Shown here: positions 1 through 9,263 of the stretch, one piece after another
How the letters are laid out: each line of letters begins with the position of its first letter
Position numbering within the stretch: position 1 is the stretch's first letter
DNA from: Thermoplasmata archaeon
GTDB taxonomy: Archaea; Thermoplasmatota; Thermoplasmata; Thermoplasmatales; Thermoplasmataceae
Assembly (NCBI GenBank): GCA_021822985.1
Contig: JAKAPZ010000001.1
Location: 1-58,326 of the forward strand
DNA: 58,326 nucleotides
Direction of reading: 5' to 3'
Position numbers and translations under genes: made by a program
The notes under the pieces: model-generated
What the model was told of the DNA's origin: nothing
Seen by the model: only the letters and a program-made list of their open reading frames with translations
Databases searched by the model: none

Positions 1-38
1 GAAAGAAGCATTGCTAAATATGATCCGTATTTGATCAT
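1..38 (-). CDS. 5' start of a probable membrane protein running off the window edge (MIKYGSYLAMLL...)
   Basis: ATG at 36-38 overlaps the penicillin acylase stop in an ATGA arrangement; the frame stays open to the window edge. Confidence 0.4.
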   Translation of the reverse strand, partial: MIKYGSYLAMLL

Positions 39-2617
39 ATGGATGCACCTCCGTAAAGATAGAAGAATTCAGATGGAGCAGTTGCAGGTATGAGTGTGTA
101 ATAGATTCCATTGTTCCAGTCCTCAAATGTGTTCGAATAATACTGGCTCAGGGGATTTTCGGACAACCCGCCAGGATATATTCCCACACCCGTGATGGGA
201 TGGCTCATGTTTACAACCATTCTCCAGGATGGCCCGAAATTCGATACAGGATTATGTGCAACGTTGATGGTATTGCCGTCTCCTGCCGCAGCCAGTTCCT
301 GTGTGTTCATTGCAGGCACTCCGAAGAGGCTTGTGAGAACTCTCTTGTGGACATTTCCCCATTCCCATGAACTGGAATATGATCCGTATGCATTGACCAG
401 GTATGCAAGTGTTTGGTTCATTGCCTGATTCATCACCATTGCCTCTGTCCTGCTCTTGCCGGTTAATGGATTGTTGAACCATGTTACGCCTGCAGGATTC
501 GCAGTCCAGTTTATGAGATCTTCAATAAGGGGCCCATGGTTGCATGCAGCGGAACCAAGGAAGAATGTGTTGTTGTACAGCCCATCTGCAACTGTGATGT
601 TGTATTTCATCATATATGGAAGGAACGTGTCATTGAGGAAATTGAGCAGCCAGTAATGATACACAGTGGCTGCTGAGGAATTGGTTGTGAAAGTTCCGTT
701 CCATGAGTTGAGGGCAGAGATGATGGACGAATTTGCAGTTGATCCAGAAATGTTTCCAAGCAATGGTTTGAGTAAAATATAAGTGGTATAATCATGGACG
801 TTCAGCTGTATATTTTCCATCTTTGCCATATTTATGCCCTGTGTGGTGTTAAGGAGATGGTGTATCTGATCTGCCCTGTATCCGGACTCAAAATCCCATC
901 CTATGTAATACTTGAAATTTGGGGAGACAGTGATCTGGTTTGCAGAAAATACAAACCCCCTGGAAGGATCGTACAGATATGGAAGCTTGTCTGCAGGGAT
1001 GAAACCCTGCCAGTTGTATGGGCCCGTTCCCGGCAATATGCCTCTCGGGTTTCCCTTCTCAATCACAGGCAGATCCCCAAATGGAAATATTCCTATGTTG
1101 CCAAGGTAGTCTGCAACTGCCCAGTTCTGGATTGCAGTCTTGAAAAGTGTGGATGCATTCTGCCTGAACTGTTCAACATTGTTGGACTTATCAATATTCA
1201 GGAAGAAACCAATTTCATAGGATGGCAGCAATCCTGTCCAGTCCATTGCAATTGTTGATGAACCCGTGTAAAGAATCACACCATTCACAGCCCTCATTAC
1301 CTTCAAAGAATAGTCGTTCTGGCCACTGATGGAAATGTTTTCATTTATAACTGAAAAGCTTGAATAAGAACCGTTGTTCATGTACTGGGTGGTAGATCCA
1401 TTCTTCATTGTTTCTGCATAGAAATATGTCTGTTGAACTCCACCATTGGTCGCCCCCCATGCTATGTGTGGATTGTGACCAAGAATAACACCCGGAAATC
1501 CCGGGAATACAACACCCACTACATTCTGTCCCGGTGACACCAGCTGGAAACCGATCCAGATGGATGGTACTTCCGTGGTGAGATGCGGATCATTTGCGAG
1601 AAGGGCAGATGTATTATGTGTCTTCACTCCATTGACGGCCCAGTTATTGCTTCCATAATCCCTGAATGCAGCATACTGTATGGACATGGAATAATTCATT
1701 CCGAAAAATTTCTGGAAAACCGCACCGTCTACGGCATTAACTGACTGGAACTGGTTCTGTGTGGATATCTGCGGGTTCAATGAACTCAATCCGGTTCCGG
1801 TATAATTGTAGGAAGGAGTGTACATGGAAAGATTTGACAGATCCCCTGTGCCATTATAGATGGCAGAATTGGCAGAAAATGGAACTATTGGGTTCTGGAC
1901 TCCTGCGGGATATGCCGGGTACAGGCCTTTAACGACGGATTCTGGCATATTTTGCAGCGCATAGTTGAAATTAAGCGGAGACATTCCTCCGGCACTGTTT
2001 TGCCATAGGAAGAACTGCTGCACAGCCATCACATCAGTCATATTCCATGTGTGAGGTTCGTAATTCAGCAGCTTGAACAGCAGTGGCATGGTCTGAGGTG
2101 TGAGTGAGGAAATATAAGAATTGATGCCCATGGTGAAGTTTTCTATGACCCTGTGCATGTAGGATGAGGGAGACATATTGTTCACTTCCTGCTTTGCTAT
2201 CTGGCAGTCCTGGATGGTTCTGTAAAATATGTCTGATGAAAGTGTTGAGCTTCCTATAACCTGTGAAAGAGTTCCAAGAGCGGTTCTTTTGATGAAATCC
2301 ATCTCTTCCAGCCTGTACTGTGCTTCCAGATATCCCTGCATATAATAAACAAGGAAAGTGTTGTTTGACTGAATTCCAATAAACCCATCCGGCTGCGTAT
2401 AGATCACAACTTCTCCAGTTGTACCATTTACAGAGATATTTTCATACTGTACCCCCATAGAACCTTTCGGAACCACAGGATCCCATACTCCTGAATTTGG
2501 ATTGAGAAGATTCTGGAGTGGGGGAAGCCCGCCAATGGGCATTGAAGTCAGTGTGACTATTACAGCTATAAAAATTACAGATATTATCAGGGATTTTACC
2601 CTTATTTTTTCCTTCAT
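35..2617 (-). CDS. Penicillin acylase family protein (Ntn-hydrolase), exported/membrane-anchored
   Basis: N-terminal hydrophobic segment; GSNNWAV...LLANDPHL beta-chain start motif; GHNPHIAWGATN; GPSWRMVV. Confidence 0.92.
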   Translation of the reverse strand: MKEKIRVKSLIISVIFIAVIVTLTSMPIGGLPPLQNLLNPNSGVWDPVVPKGSMGVQYENISVNGTTGEVVIYTQPDGFIGIQSNNTFLVYYMQGYLEAQYRLEEMDFIKRTALGTLSQVIGSSTLSSDIFYRTIQDCQIAKQEVNNMSPSSYMHRVIENFTMGINSYISSLTPQTMPLLFKLLNYEPHTWNMTDVMAVQQFFLWQNSAGGMSPLNFNYALQNMPESVVKGLYPAYPAGVQNPIVPFSANSAIYNGTGDLSNLSMYTPSYNYTGTGLSSLNPQISTQNQFQSVNAVDGAVFQKFFGMNYSMSIQYAAFRDYGSNNWAVNGVKTHNTSALLANDPHLTTEVPSIWIGFQLVSPGQNVVGVVFPGFPGVILGHNPHIAWGATNGGVQQTYFYAETMKNGSTTQYMNNGSYSSFSVINENISISGQNDYSLKVMRAVNGVILYTGSSTIAMDWTGLLPSYEIGFFLNIDKSNNVEQFRQNASTLFKTAIQNWAVADYLGNIGIFPFGDLPVIEKGNPRGILPGTGPYNWQGFIPADKLPYLYDPSRGFVFSANQITVSPNFKYYIGWDFESGYRADQIHHLLNTTQGINMAKMENIQLNVHDYTTYILLKPLLGNISGSTANSSIISALNSWNGTFTTNSSAATVYHYWLLNFLNDTFLPYMMKYNITVADGLYNNTFFLGSAACNHGPLIEDLINWTANPAGVTWFNNPLTGKSRTEAMVMNQAMNQTLAYLVNAYGSYSSSWEWGNVHKRVLTSLFGVPAMNTQELAAAGDGNTINVAHNPVSNFGPSWRMVVNMSHPITGVGIYPGGLSENPLSQYYSNTFEDWNNGIYYTLIPATAPSEFFYLYGGASI

Positions 2618-2781
2618 TGTTTTGATATTAACTAACTAATATATTTAGATTCCTTGTGCCATGATATACGGTAACATGATTTATACTATTTTTTGTTAAT
2701 AACTGTTAAGATTAAACGCCCATATTTTTTCAATTTTTTTCCCTCCGAAGAATATGAGCCATAAAATTCTGAAAAATAAAG

Positions 2782-3828
2782 TTATGAATTCTCTGGAAAT
2801 ATGATTGAACGAAGTTCCTCCATTTTTTCGCATTTTATGCCAGTTGGAGAAAAGTGAGTCCTAGCAGCAGCGATTCCGATTTCGCTGCATTTCTCCAGTA
2901 CATGGTTGACTGCGGGAAGATTTGTTTTCCTGATGGAACAGCTGTCTGTAAGATCGAGGAAGAATTCTGAAATATCCTCATTTTTCAAACTGCCCAGAAA
3001 TTCAACGGATTCCTCACTACAGGTACCGGGAATATCCATGATTTTCTCACCGAGAAATGTTTCCAGTTTTCCCGTCCACAGGGGCCCGTAGGCCTGATCT
3101 CCATACAATGGATCTATAAGGCCCGGTTCGGCATATCCCAGATATTTTTCGGTTTTATCAGCCTCACCCGAGCCTTTTGTGATCTGCACTATTACCCTGT
3201 AAAAGTGCCCATGGTAAAAAGATATGACCGGCTGCATTCCGGTTTCAAGAGTTACTGCCCTTCTGGCTATAAATCCGAGAAGGTTGCGGATGCCCATCTC
3301 ATGCCTGAGGTTGCTGTTCAGGACCACTGAACCATACCTTCTTCTTGTATTGACCCTGAGGGAGCCCGTCAGAACACTGAGATCTGTTGCGGTGAATCCG
3401 ATATATCCGTGGTTCTTCACATGGTTGATGGCTATGTCCGTGAATGGGACAATGTTTCCATATGGGTCTACATCAATGAAATTGAAATGATATTTTGAAA
3501 CCAGGGATTCAAATGTGCTCCAATGCAATTCACCCTTGAAGTCGTTAATTTCTGCATTGTTTTTCAGGATATTGAATGCCCTCAGGCTTCTTTCACATGC
3601 CACTGCCCTGACACCTGCTTCCTTCTCTGCCCTTATGGCCCTTATTCCCGTGGCAGCAAAACCATCCAGATACAGATGTGGCTTGACTGTATTGAGAAAA
3701 CTGATAGTGATGTCCCTGTTCAGTCTCTGGTTGCTGTTCAGGAATCCGGGTACGGATCTGCCGGGGCCCTTTTCGAGTGGCTTGGCATTCGTCCTGATCC
3801 TTGCACTGCCCTCAATATACTCTTCTAT
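2782..3828 (-). CDS. trm1: tRNA (guanine26-N2)-dimethyltransferase Trm1; probable non-canonical ATA start
   Basis: DVDPYG, GFTATD, E-G-R-L and RTHFSPTGIK motifs. The frame extends 75 codons upstream of the GTG at 3603 and includes EGSARI, GFLN..QRLNRD and the SAM motif LDGFAATGIRAIR. Confidence 0.88.
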   Translation of the reverse strand: MEEYIEGSARIRTNAKPLEKGPGRSVPGFLNSNQRLNRDITISFLNTVKPHLYLDGFAATGIRAIRAEKEAGVRAVACERSLRAFNILKNNAEINDFKGELHWSTFESLVSKYHFNFIDVDPYGNIVPFTDIAINHVKNHGYIGFTATDLSVLTGSLRVNTRRRYGSVVLNSNLRHEMGIRNLLGFIARRAVTLETGMQPVISFYHGHFYRVIVQITKGSGEADKTEKYLGYAEPGLIDPLYGDQAYGPLWTGKLETFLGEKIMDIPGTCSEESVEFLGSLKNEDISEFFLDLTDSCSIRKTNLPAVNHVLEKCSEIGIAAARTHFSPTGIKCEKMEELRSIIFPENS

Positions 3829-4367
3829 TGTTCATCCTCTCCGGTTATGACCTTCATTACCCTGTATGGCAGAAGACTCCTGTTTATTGGTGTGATATCA
3901 AATATCCTCACACCTTCCAGGGCCCTGATCTCCTGTAAAACTGGATTTCTTGATTTTTTGTGTATTGTAACCAGTATGGGCTTGGTTGAATTCAGAGTGT
4001 CATTGATGGTTTTCTGTATATTTTTGGTTGTGTTTTCAAGTTTTCCTACTTCATCAATCACAATAACATCCGCAGATTCAATTGCCCTCTGCATTGATGG
4101 TATGAGCAGTTCTTCAAGCAGCCGGGTATCGACTCCAATCTTGTCAATTTTAACCCTTGAGGAAATTGCAGTATCTGCAAAGACAATTTTCCTCTTTGTA
4201 TATATGTCAAGTATAGAGTAACCCTTAAGTTTCCCCTGTTCAATTATTTCTGAAACCAGAACACCCTGTATGTCCTTGCCCTGATTTTTAAGCATCTCTA
4301 TGATCTTACCAAGCGCTTCAGCTTTGATAGAACCGACAGGGCCGGTTATTCCAATTTTGACTGCCAT
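3825..4367 (-). CDS. Nucleoside-triphosphatase (THEP1/NTPase_1 family)
   Basis: KIGITGPVG N-terminus; Walker B VIVIDEVGKLE; typical C-terminal IT..NR. Confidence 0.85.
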   Translation of the reverse strand: MAVKIGITGPVGSIKAEALGKIIEMLKNQGKDIQGVLVSEIIEQGKLKGYSILDIYTKRKIVFADTAISSRVKIDKIGVDTRLLEELLIPSMQRAIESADVIVIDEVGKLENTTKNIQKTINDTLNSTKPILVTIHKKSRNPVLQEIRALEGVRIFDITPINRSLLPYRVMKVITGEDEQ

Positions 4368-4368
4368 A

Positions 4369-4731
4369 TTAATCCTCCAGATACATCAATGGATAATTCA
4401 ACTTCTCTATATAGGACATTCTGGCAGTGACTGTCTCATCACCATACGTCACACTGATCTTCACATCCATCATTTCTCCTGAAAGAGACTGGTAGGAATA
4501 AGTTTCTTTGCCGCTCTTGAGCGAGTCATGCCTTATTCTGACAGAGACATCAGAAATGAATGGCTGAACCTTTACCCCTTCCATAATTGCTTTTTCTGCT
4601 GAATCTACGTTTGCGTTGCTAATGGGCATTCCTACATACTGGTGGTAAATCGAGCCCAATTTTATTCCGGCTTCGAAAATAGCTCTTTCCCTATCCGTGC
4701 ATTTAAAAAACTCAGCAGCTAAATCGTTCAT
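4369..4731 (-). CDS. mptD: Archaeal dihydroneopterin aldolase (MptD family)
   Basis: TDRERAIFEAGIKLGSIYHQYVG, QPF and YPLMYL motifs. Confidence 0.85.
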   Translation of the reverse strand: MNDLAAEFFKCTDRERAIFEAGIKLGSIYHQYVGMPISNANVDSAEKAIMEGVKVQPFISDVSVRIRHDSLKSGKETYSYQSLSGEMMDVKISVTYGDETVTARMSYIEKLNYPLMYLED

Positions 4732-5111
4732 AATGAAGAGGTATTAAAACGTTTAAAATAAATTTTATCAGTGTTTTTATAATTTCCAAATGCTTAATCA
4801 CAGAATATATTCTTTTAACTTTATCTGTCCTTATCAGTTAATCCTGACAAGAAGCAGCTTTCTTAAAAGGCAACTTAAAAACATTACTTTTTGCAGTAAT
4901 TGATGTAAATGATTTATTTATCCTATTTCTCCAGTATCCGGGAAAGGCAGTAAGGAGAATTTTAATTCTCTGCTTTTTCAATCCATTTTAAACGTTCCTG
5001 AAAAAAATTCAAAAAAATAATAATCTTGCTGATACTAAAGAAAAATTATTGTGTTAAAAATTAAAAAAATTGTGAGAGGAAACATTCTCAATTTATTTTG
5101 ACAATATCGCC

Positions 5112-6623
5112 CTATATTCTATCATATTTTCTTATACTGAGATATATCAGCGGAACTAACCACGTAATTAATGGAGAAAAAAAGATGAGTGGACTCAGAT
5201 AGAATATTGAAAGATGATTCAGCATTTCTACTCCTGTAAAAGGCGACTTTACCATATAGTTGAATAAATCCAACGGAGCAGTGAGTGGAATAAGGCCGGT
5301 AAATAGATTAATTTCGCTTATTTGCTGAAGCTGGGGCAAATATAATAGTGATGCTTGATTAAGTCCGAAAGTGGATGCAAAAATTGTTACAAAAAATAAT
5401 GTTTCCAGTATGCTGGTAATCAAGGGAACTCCGATGACAAGCATCAATGTAATTCCTATTTTTATGCCTGTGCCGTAACGAGTATACACACCCATTAAAA
5501 AATATATTGGAGAAATTACTGCGAAAAGAAATAGGTTAAATATCACCATATCAGAAAGAGTAGATAGCATCAATGTGGATGAATAAAAGACCAAACTTAT
5601 TATATTACCAAGTAAAAATGCAATTACCGATGAAATGAAAGTCCCAACTGTGCCAAGAATCACGGAGGTCAAGAGTATGTCTCTCCTTTTTTCCGGGATT
5701 GACATGTAAAATTCATTCACTGGCTTGTCAAAAATGCTTGTTGCAATTATTACAGTAATGAAAATTACACTTACTGCACTGAAAAAGTATACTATAAAGC
5801 CAAATCCTGAAGAAAAACTGTAACTGTTTGAGTTAGATGGGAAATTGGTGTTTGAATAAAAGGCATTGTTCAAATAAAAGGATACGGAATATGCCTCATT
5901 CATCGCTAAAATCTGATTATAGTTGCCTATTCTTTGTGGAATTCCATAATGAAACTTTCCGAGGCTTAAGGTTGATGATGTGTTTGTTGTCAGGTTCGAG
6001 TAAGTTTCATAGCTCATGCTGAACGTATTGCTGCTATTTCCGGGAATAAATACTACAGCTGCAGTTCCGTAATTCCCCAAATTATAATAAGGAAAAAACG
6101 ATATATAATTTGTCAATGAAGAATATACCATTGTGTCAAGTTGTGAACCAGAAATGTTGTTCATGCTGTAAGTAAACTCATACTGAAAGTCCGCCATTAC
6201 CTGTTGGAAATATGGATATGCGAAAGTACTTCCGGGGCCTTTGATTTCAAATGAAAAAAGTCCATCAGAGTTGGTTACCCTTTTCTGTGATTGAAGATCG
6301 TGTAGAACAAGCTGAATACAAGAACTGTAATTGTACCCGCCAAAAAAGTTGAATGTGGAAGATTTTTCAAAATTGTAAGTTGCATTTGTTTCGGCCCGAA
6401 GATTTGTATCGAGGATGAACCCTCGGATATTATAATCGGTTGAATTTCCTATTTCAGAGACCACAATACTCATATAATTATAATGATTATAAACAACAGG
6501 TTGGGACTCATTAACAGCTAAACCGCTGATCATAAGGACAAATGAAGAAGCTAAAATAATAGCGATGGTGCTTTTTTGTTTGAGATTTTTGATAGATGTC
6601 AAACTGAACCGAATAAAACTCAT
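5112..6623 (-). CDS. Multi-pass membrane protein with a large extracellular loop (ABC-2 permease-like architecture)
   Basis: N-terminal TM, ~230-aa Asn/Ser/Tyr-rich loop, then several TM segments; SIPEKRRDILL resembles the ABC-2 permease loop motif; AT-rich gene. Confidence 0.6.
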   Translation of the reverse strand: MSFIRFSLTSIKNLKQKSTIAIILASSFVLMISGLAVNESQPVVYNHYNYMSIVVSEIGNSTDYNIRGFILDTNLRAETNATYNFEKSSTFNFFGGYNYSSCIQLVLHDLQSQKRVTNSDGLFSFEIKGPGSTFAYPYFQQVMADFQYEFTYSMNNISGSQLDTMVYSSLTNYISFFPYYNLGNYGTAAVVFIPGNSSNTFSMSYETYSNLTTNTSSTLSLGKFHYGIPQRIGNYNQILAMNEAYSVSFYLNNAFYSNTNFPSNSNSYSFSSGFGFIVYFFSAVSVIFITVIIATSIFDKPVNEFYMSIPEKRRDILLTSVILGTVGTFISSVIAFLLGNIISLVFYSSTLMLSTLSDMVIFNLFLFAVISPIYFLMGVYTRYGTGIKIGITLMLVIGVPLITSILETLFFVTIFASTFGLNQASLLYLPQLQQISEINLFTGLIPLTAPLDLFNYMVKSPFTGVEMLNHLSIFYLSPLIFFSPLITWLVPLIYLSIRKYDRI

Positions 6624-7032
6624 TTCGTTTGTGATAATTTTTTTAGATATTAAGATTGTGATATATTACGGTTTTAAAATTTAGTTGAAATTGCACTTCA
6701 AAATGCTAAAAAATTGCTCCCGTATCTCTGATGAGACCCTTGAAGGAACATACTTATTTTTGACAAAATGGATTTCGAATGCGATCCCTCACCTTTTTAT
6801 GGTGAATCTTTTTAGAAAATACCCGTAAAACCGCACAAATAGGACTCTATTGCTATCAATTGGGAAGATATATTTCTGTATGATTTTACCGAAAAGGTAA
6901 TTTGTGCTGAATTTTGAACACGAATCCTAAATGCATGCTTTAAGTAGAAATTCTTGAGAGACAAATTATTCAAGGAAGATGTGTTGAACAATATAATAAA
7001 AATTATATCACTTGATTGTATGCATTTCGGTA

Positions 7033-7275
7033 ATGACTCAACTTGAAAATAAAAGTCCGCATGGAAAACTAGGATCATTTAAAAGTAGATCGATGTACCT
7101 CAACGCTCTGCTTGCAGTAAGTTTCATTTTTCTTCTCATAGGAATTCTCTTTTACGTTTCATGGTCAATTCTTTATGGGACATGGCTCGATCCGGGCCTT
7201 TATTCGTTTGTGGTTCCCATGATAGTGCTTGGAATGATAGGTATTCTTTATGTCTATGTGTGGGAAAATCCATAA
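7033..7275 (+). CDS. Small two-TM membrane protein
   Basis: ATG at 7033; two hydrophobic helices linked by WSILYGTWLDPGLYS. Confidence 0.65.
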   Translation: MTQLENKSPHGKLGSFKSRSMYLNALLAVSFIFLLIGILFYVSWSILYGTWLDPGLYSFVVPMIVLGMIGILYVYVWENP

Positions 7276-7290
7276 ATTCTTCCCATTAAC

Positions 7291-7370
7291 GGCATCCTCA
7301 TGTTGCTAAAGCGGGTGAAGTTTCTGCTTCATTGGCCTTTGCCATTTCGTTCGATTTGGAGGTTCTGACA
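7291..7370 (-). mobile_element. Possible degenerate IS200/IS605 (tnpB) right-end remnant
   Basis: Minus strand reads ATGAAGCAGAAACTTCACCCGCTTTAGC...GAGGATG, resembling tnpB 3' ends and the element at 14596-14790. Confidence 0.3.
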
Positions 7371-7439
7371 TTTAATTTGAAACCGGACTTTTTGCCTGGA
7401 AGATCGTGAAATCAGCATATTTGCAAAATACTTATTGTT

Positions 7440-9263
7440 CTAAAGATTCGATATTTCCCACTTGGATGCAAGAACGCTTACTTTTTTCATCCTTCCATTG
7501 GTGTAAAGGAACATTTCAGATTCAGGAGAACTTTTTCCACCGCTAAGAGATTCAAAATTGCTGTAGCCATGTTTTTGTGGTGAGATGCCAAAATCCTTTA
7601 GAGAATCCCACATTTTATTTCTGAAAATTGCAACATACGCTGAATTGTTTATGATGCTGTTTAAGGGCGGATGCTTGAAATCCTCCACGTCCTGTGTTAT
7701 GATTGTGATAGATGCATTATAATGCCTTGAAACTCTATAAAGATAGGACATTTTATTTTTGCTCTCCGGATCCCTTATGAACAAGTGTGCTTCATCCACA
7801 AAAATCATTTTCCTTTTGGAATTGTCGCTTAAAATATATTCCTCCATTTGGCTGAGATAATTATCCTCATAACCCGCCAAGATTTTAATTTCTGGTAAAT
7901 TGCAAAATCCAGCGCCCATCATGTCTGAAAAGGAAAGAGATGTGAATTCATTTTGAGGATCTATTATCAGAATCTTTTCAACCAGCCCGGATATTATGTG
8001 CCTCCAGAGAACAAGCCTTGAGAAAAAGGTCTTCCCTGAGCCAGTTTCCCCAAGGATAATCATGTTGTAGGAATCACCTGCGAAAATATCCATGTTAACA
8101 GGCATTCCAGTCATTGAATTTTTGCCTATGACAATTCCATTCTGGGTAGCACTTGTACCTAGAAATGATATAAGTGAGGCAACGTTCCCGGATAGCATTG
8201 GGTAGTGAAATGAAGAAAAATTCATAGAAATAATTTTTTCAATTGACTTCCTGCCATTCACGATATCGGATTCGAGAGAGAAATGCTCTGCCAGTGATTT
8301 TGCATGTATAAGGGCGTCTGTAAGTTCATAAGGCGTATCTGATCTGACAATGAGGAACATTGAAGTGTCGATCATGTCACTTTCATCTGCTTTTTTCAGT
8401 ATGAGAGCACTTTCTTCCTTTTTTCTGTTTGAATTTTTTAAAGTGTGATTTTTTTCATTTTTAATTCTCGATAAGGCCAGTGTTGTAGAAATCTGCCTTT
8501 TTATGGCTAACCTGTTTTGTGAATCTATCTTCCGGATATCGTTTACAAAAAGCACGTCACCCCTGATTCTTCTGACGATATCAGACAACTGAAAATAGTT
8601 TCCATTCCTTATATTTTTTACTGCAAGAATGCAGTAATGTGATTTTCCGGATATGTATCTTCCATGCAATTTCAGATCTTTTTCTCCCCAGAAGATTCCC
8701 AAAGAAGCCAATATTGAATTGTTGCATTTTTCAAGATTAATTCCAATCCTTGACACGGATTCCTTTATCTTTCCAATGGAGTGATCATCCATATTATCAA
8801 ATTTTATTACACTTGAGAAGCTATGCCTCTCGGGAAACGTGTTTCCCAGGAATTCGAAGTAATCACTATGTGCAACAGACTTAGGCTTTAATGGGAGATC
8901 ACTTCTATCAGGATAAGTAATAACTGTGAAATTGGCATCTATATAATTGCATAAAGAGGTTAAATTTGTGAGATTCCTCAATGTCTGTTCCTTGCTATCC
9001 TCCCATGAGAATTCTGAGCTTATTCTATAGAATTGCATTGAGTCTTCTTCCTGCTTCCCCATATTCAACACACTCGCCCTTGAACGAAAATACATGAAGC
9101 AAAAAGCAGTTGATAATGCCAAAATTAATGCTTCAATTTCAAGGCCCATATAGAAGATGATAAAAATGCCGGATAATGTGAAGACTATGAAAGCTTTTTT
9201 TCCATCGGCTGTCTTTGAAAAAGGGAATATATTTTCAATCGGTCTCATCAAATCGATCTTCAT
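7440..9263 (-). CDS. VirB4/TraG-like (CedB-like) P-loop ATPase with N-terminal TM segments
   Basis: Walker A ILGETGSGKT, IIDPQNEF, Walker B IFVDEAH and SRHYNASITIITQDVEDF; hydrophobic N-terminus; alternative start at 9278. Confidence 0.82.
   Translation of the reverse strand: MKIDLMRPIENIFPFSKTADGKKAFIVFTLSGIFIIFYMGLEIEALILALSTAFCFMYFRSRASVLNMGKQEEDSMQFYRISSEFSWEDSKEQTLRNLTNLTSLCNYIDANFTVITYPDRSDLPLKPKSVAHSDYFEFLGNTFPERHSFSSVIKFDNMDDHSIGKIKESVSRIGINLEKCNNSILASLGIFWGEKDLKLHGRYISGKSHYCILAVKNIRNGNYFQLSDIVRRIRGDVLFVNDIRKIDSQNRLAIKRQISTTLALSRIKNEKNHTLKNSNRKKEESALILKKADESDMIDTSMFLIVRSDTPYELTDALIHAKSLAEHFSLESDIVNGRKSIEKIISMNFSSFHYPMLSGNVASLISFLGTSATQNGIVIGKNSMTGMPVNMDIFAGDSYNMIILGETGSGKTFFSRLVLWRHIISGLVEKILIIDPQNEFTSLSFSDMMGAGFCNLPEIKILAGYEDNYLSQMEEYILSDNSKRKMIFVDEAHLFIRDPESKNKMSYLYRVSRHYNASITIITQDVEDFKHPPLNSIINNSAYVAIFRNKMWDSLKDFGISPQKHGYSNFESLSGGKSSPESEMFLYTNGRMKKVSVLASKWEISNL

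Noticed and set aside
6728-6755. CTGATGAG motif suggesting a hammerhead ribozyme or C/D-box sRNA
   Set aside because: No closing stem II followed by GAAA, and no properly spaced CTGA D box
7033-7275. Small two-TM protein as a second pilin of the VirB4 operon
   Set aside because: It is on the opposite strand, convergent, and lacks the pilin-like charged loop; linkage is unsupported
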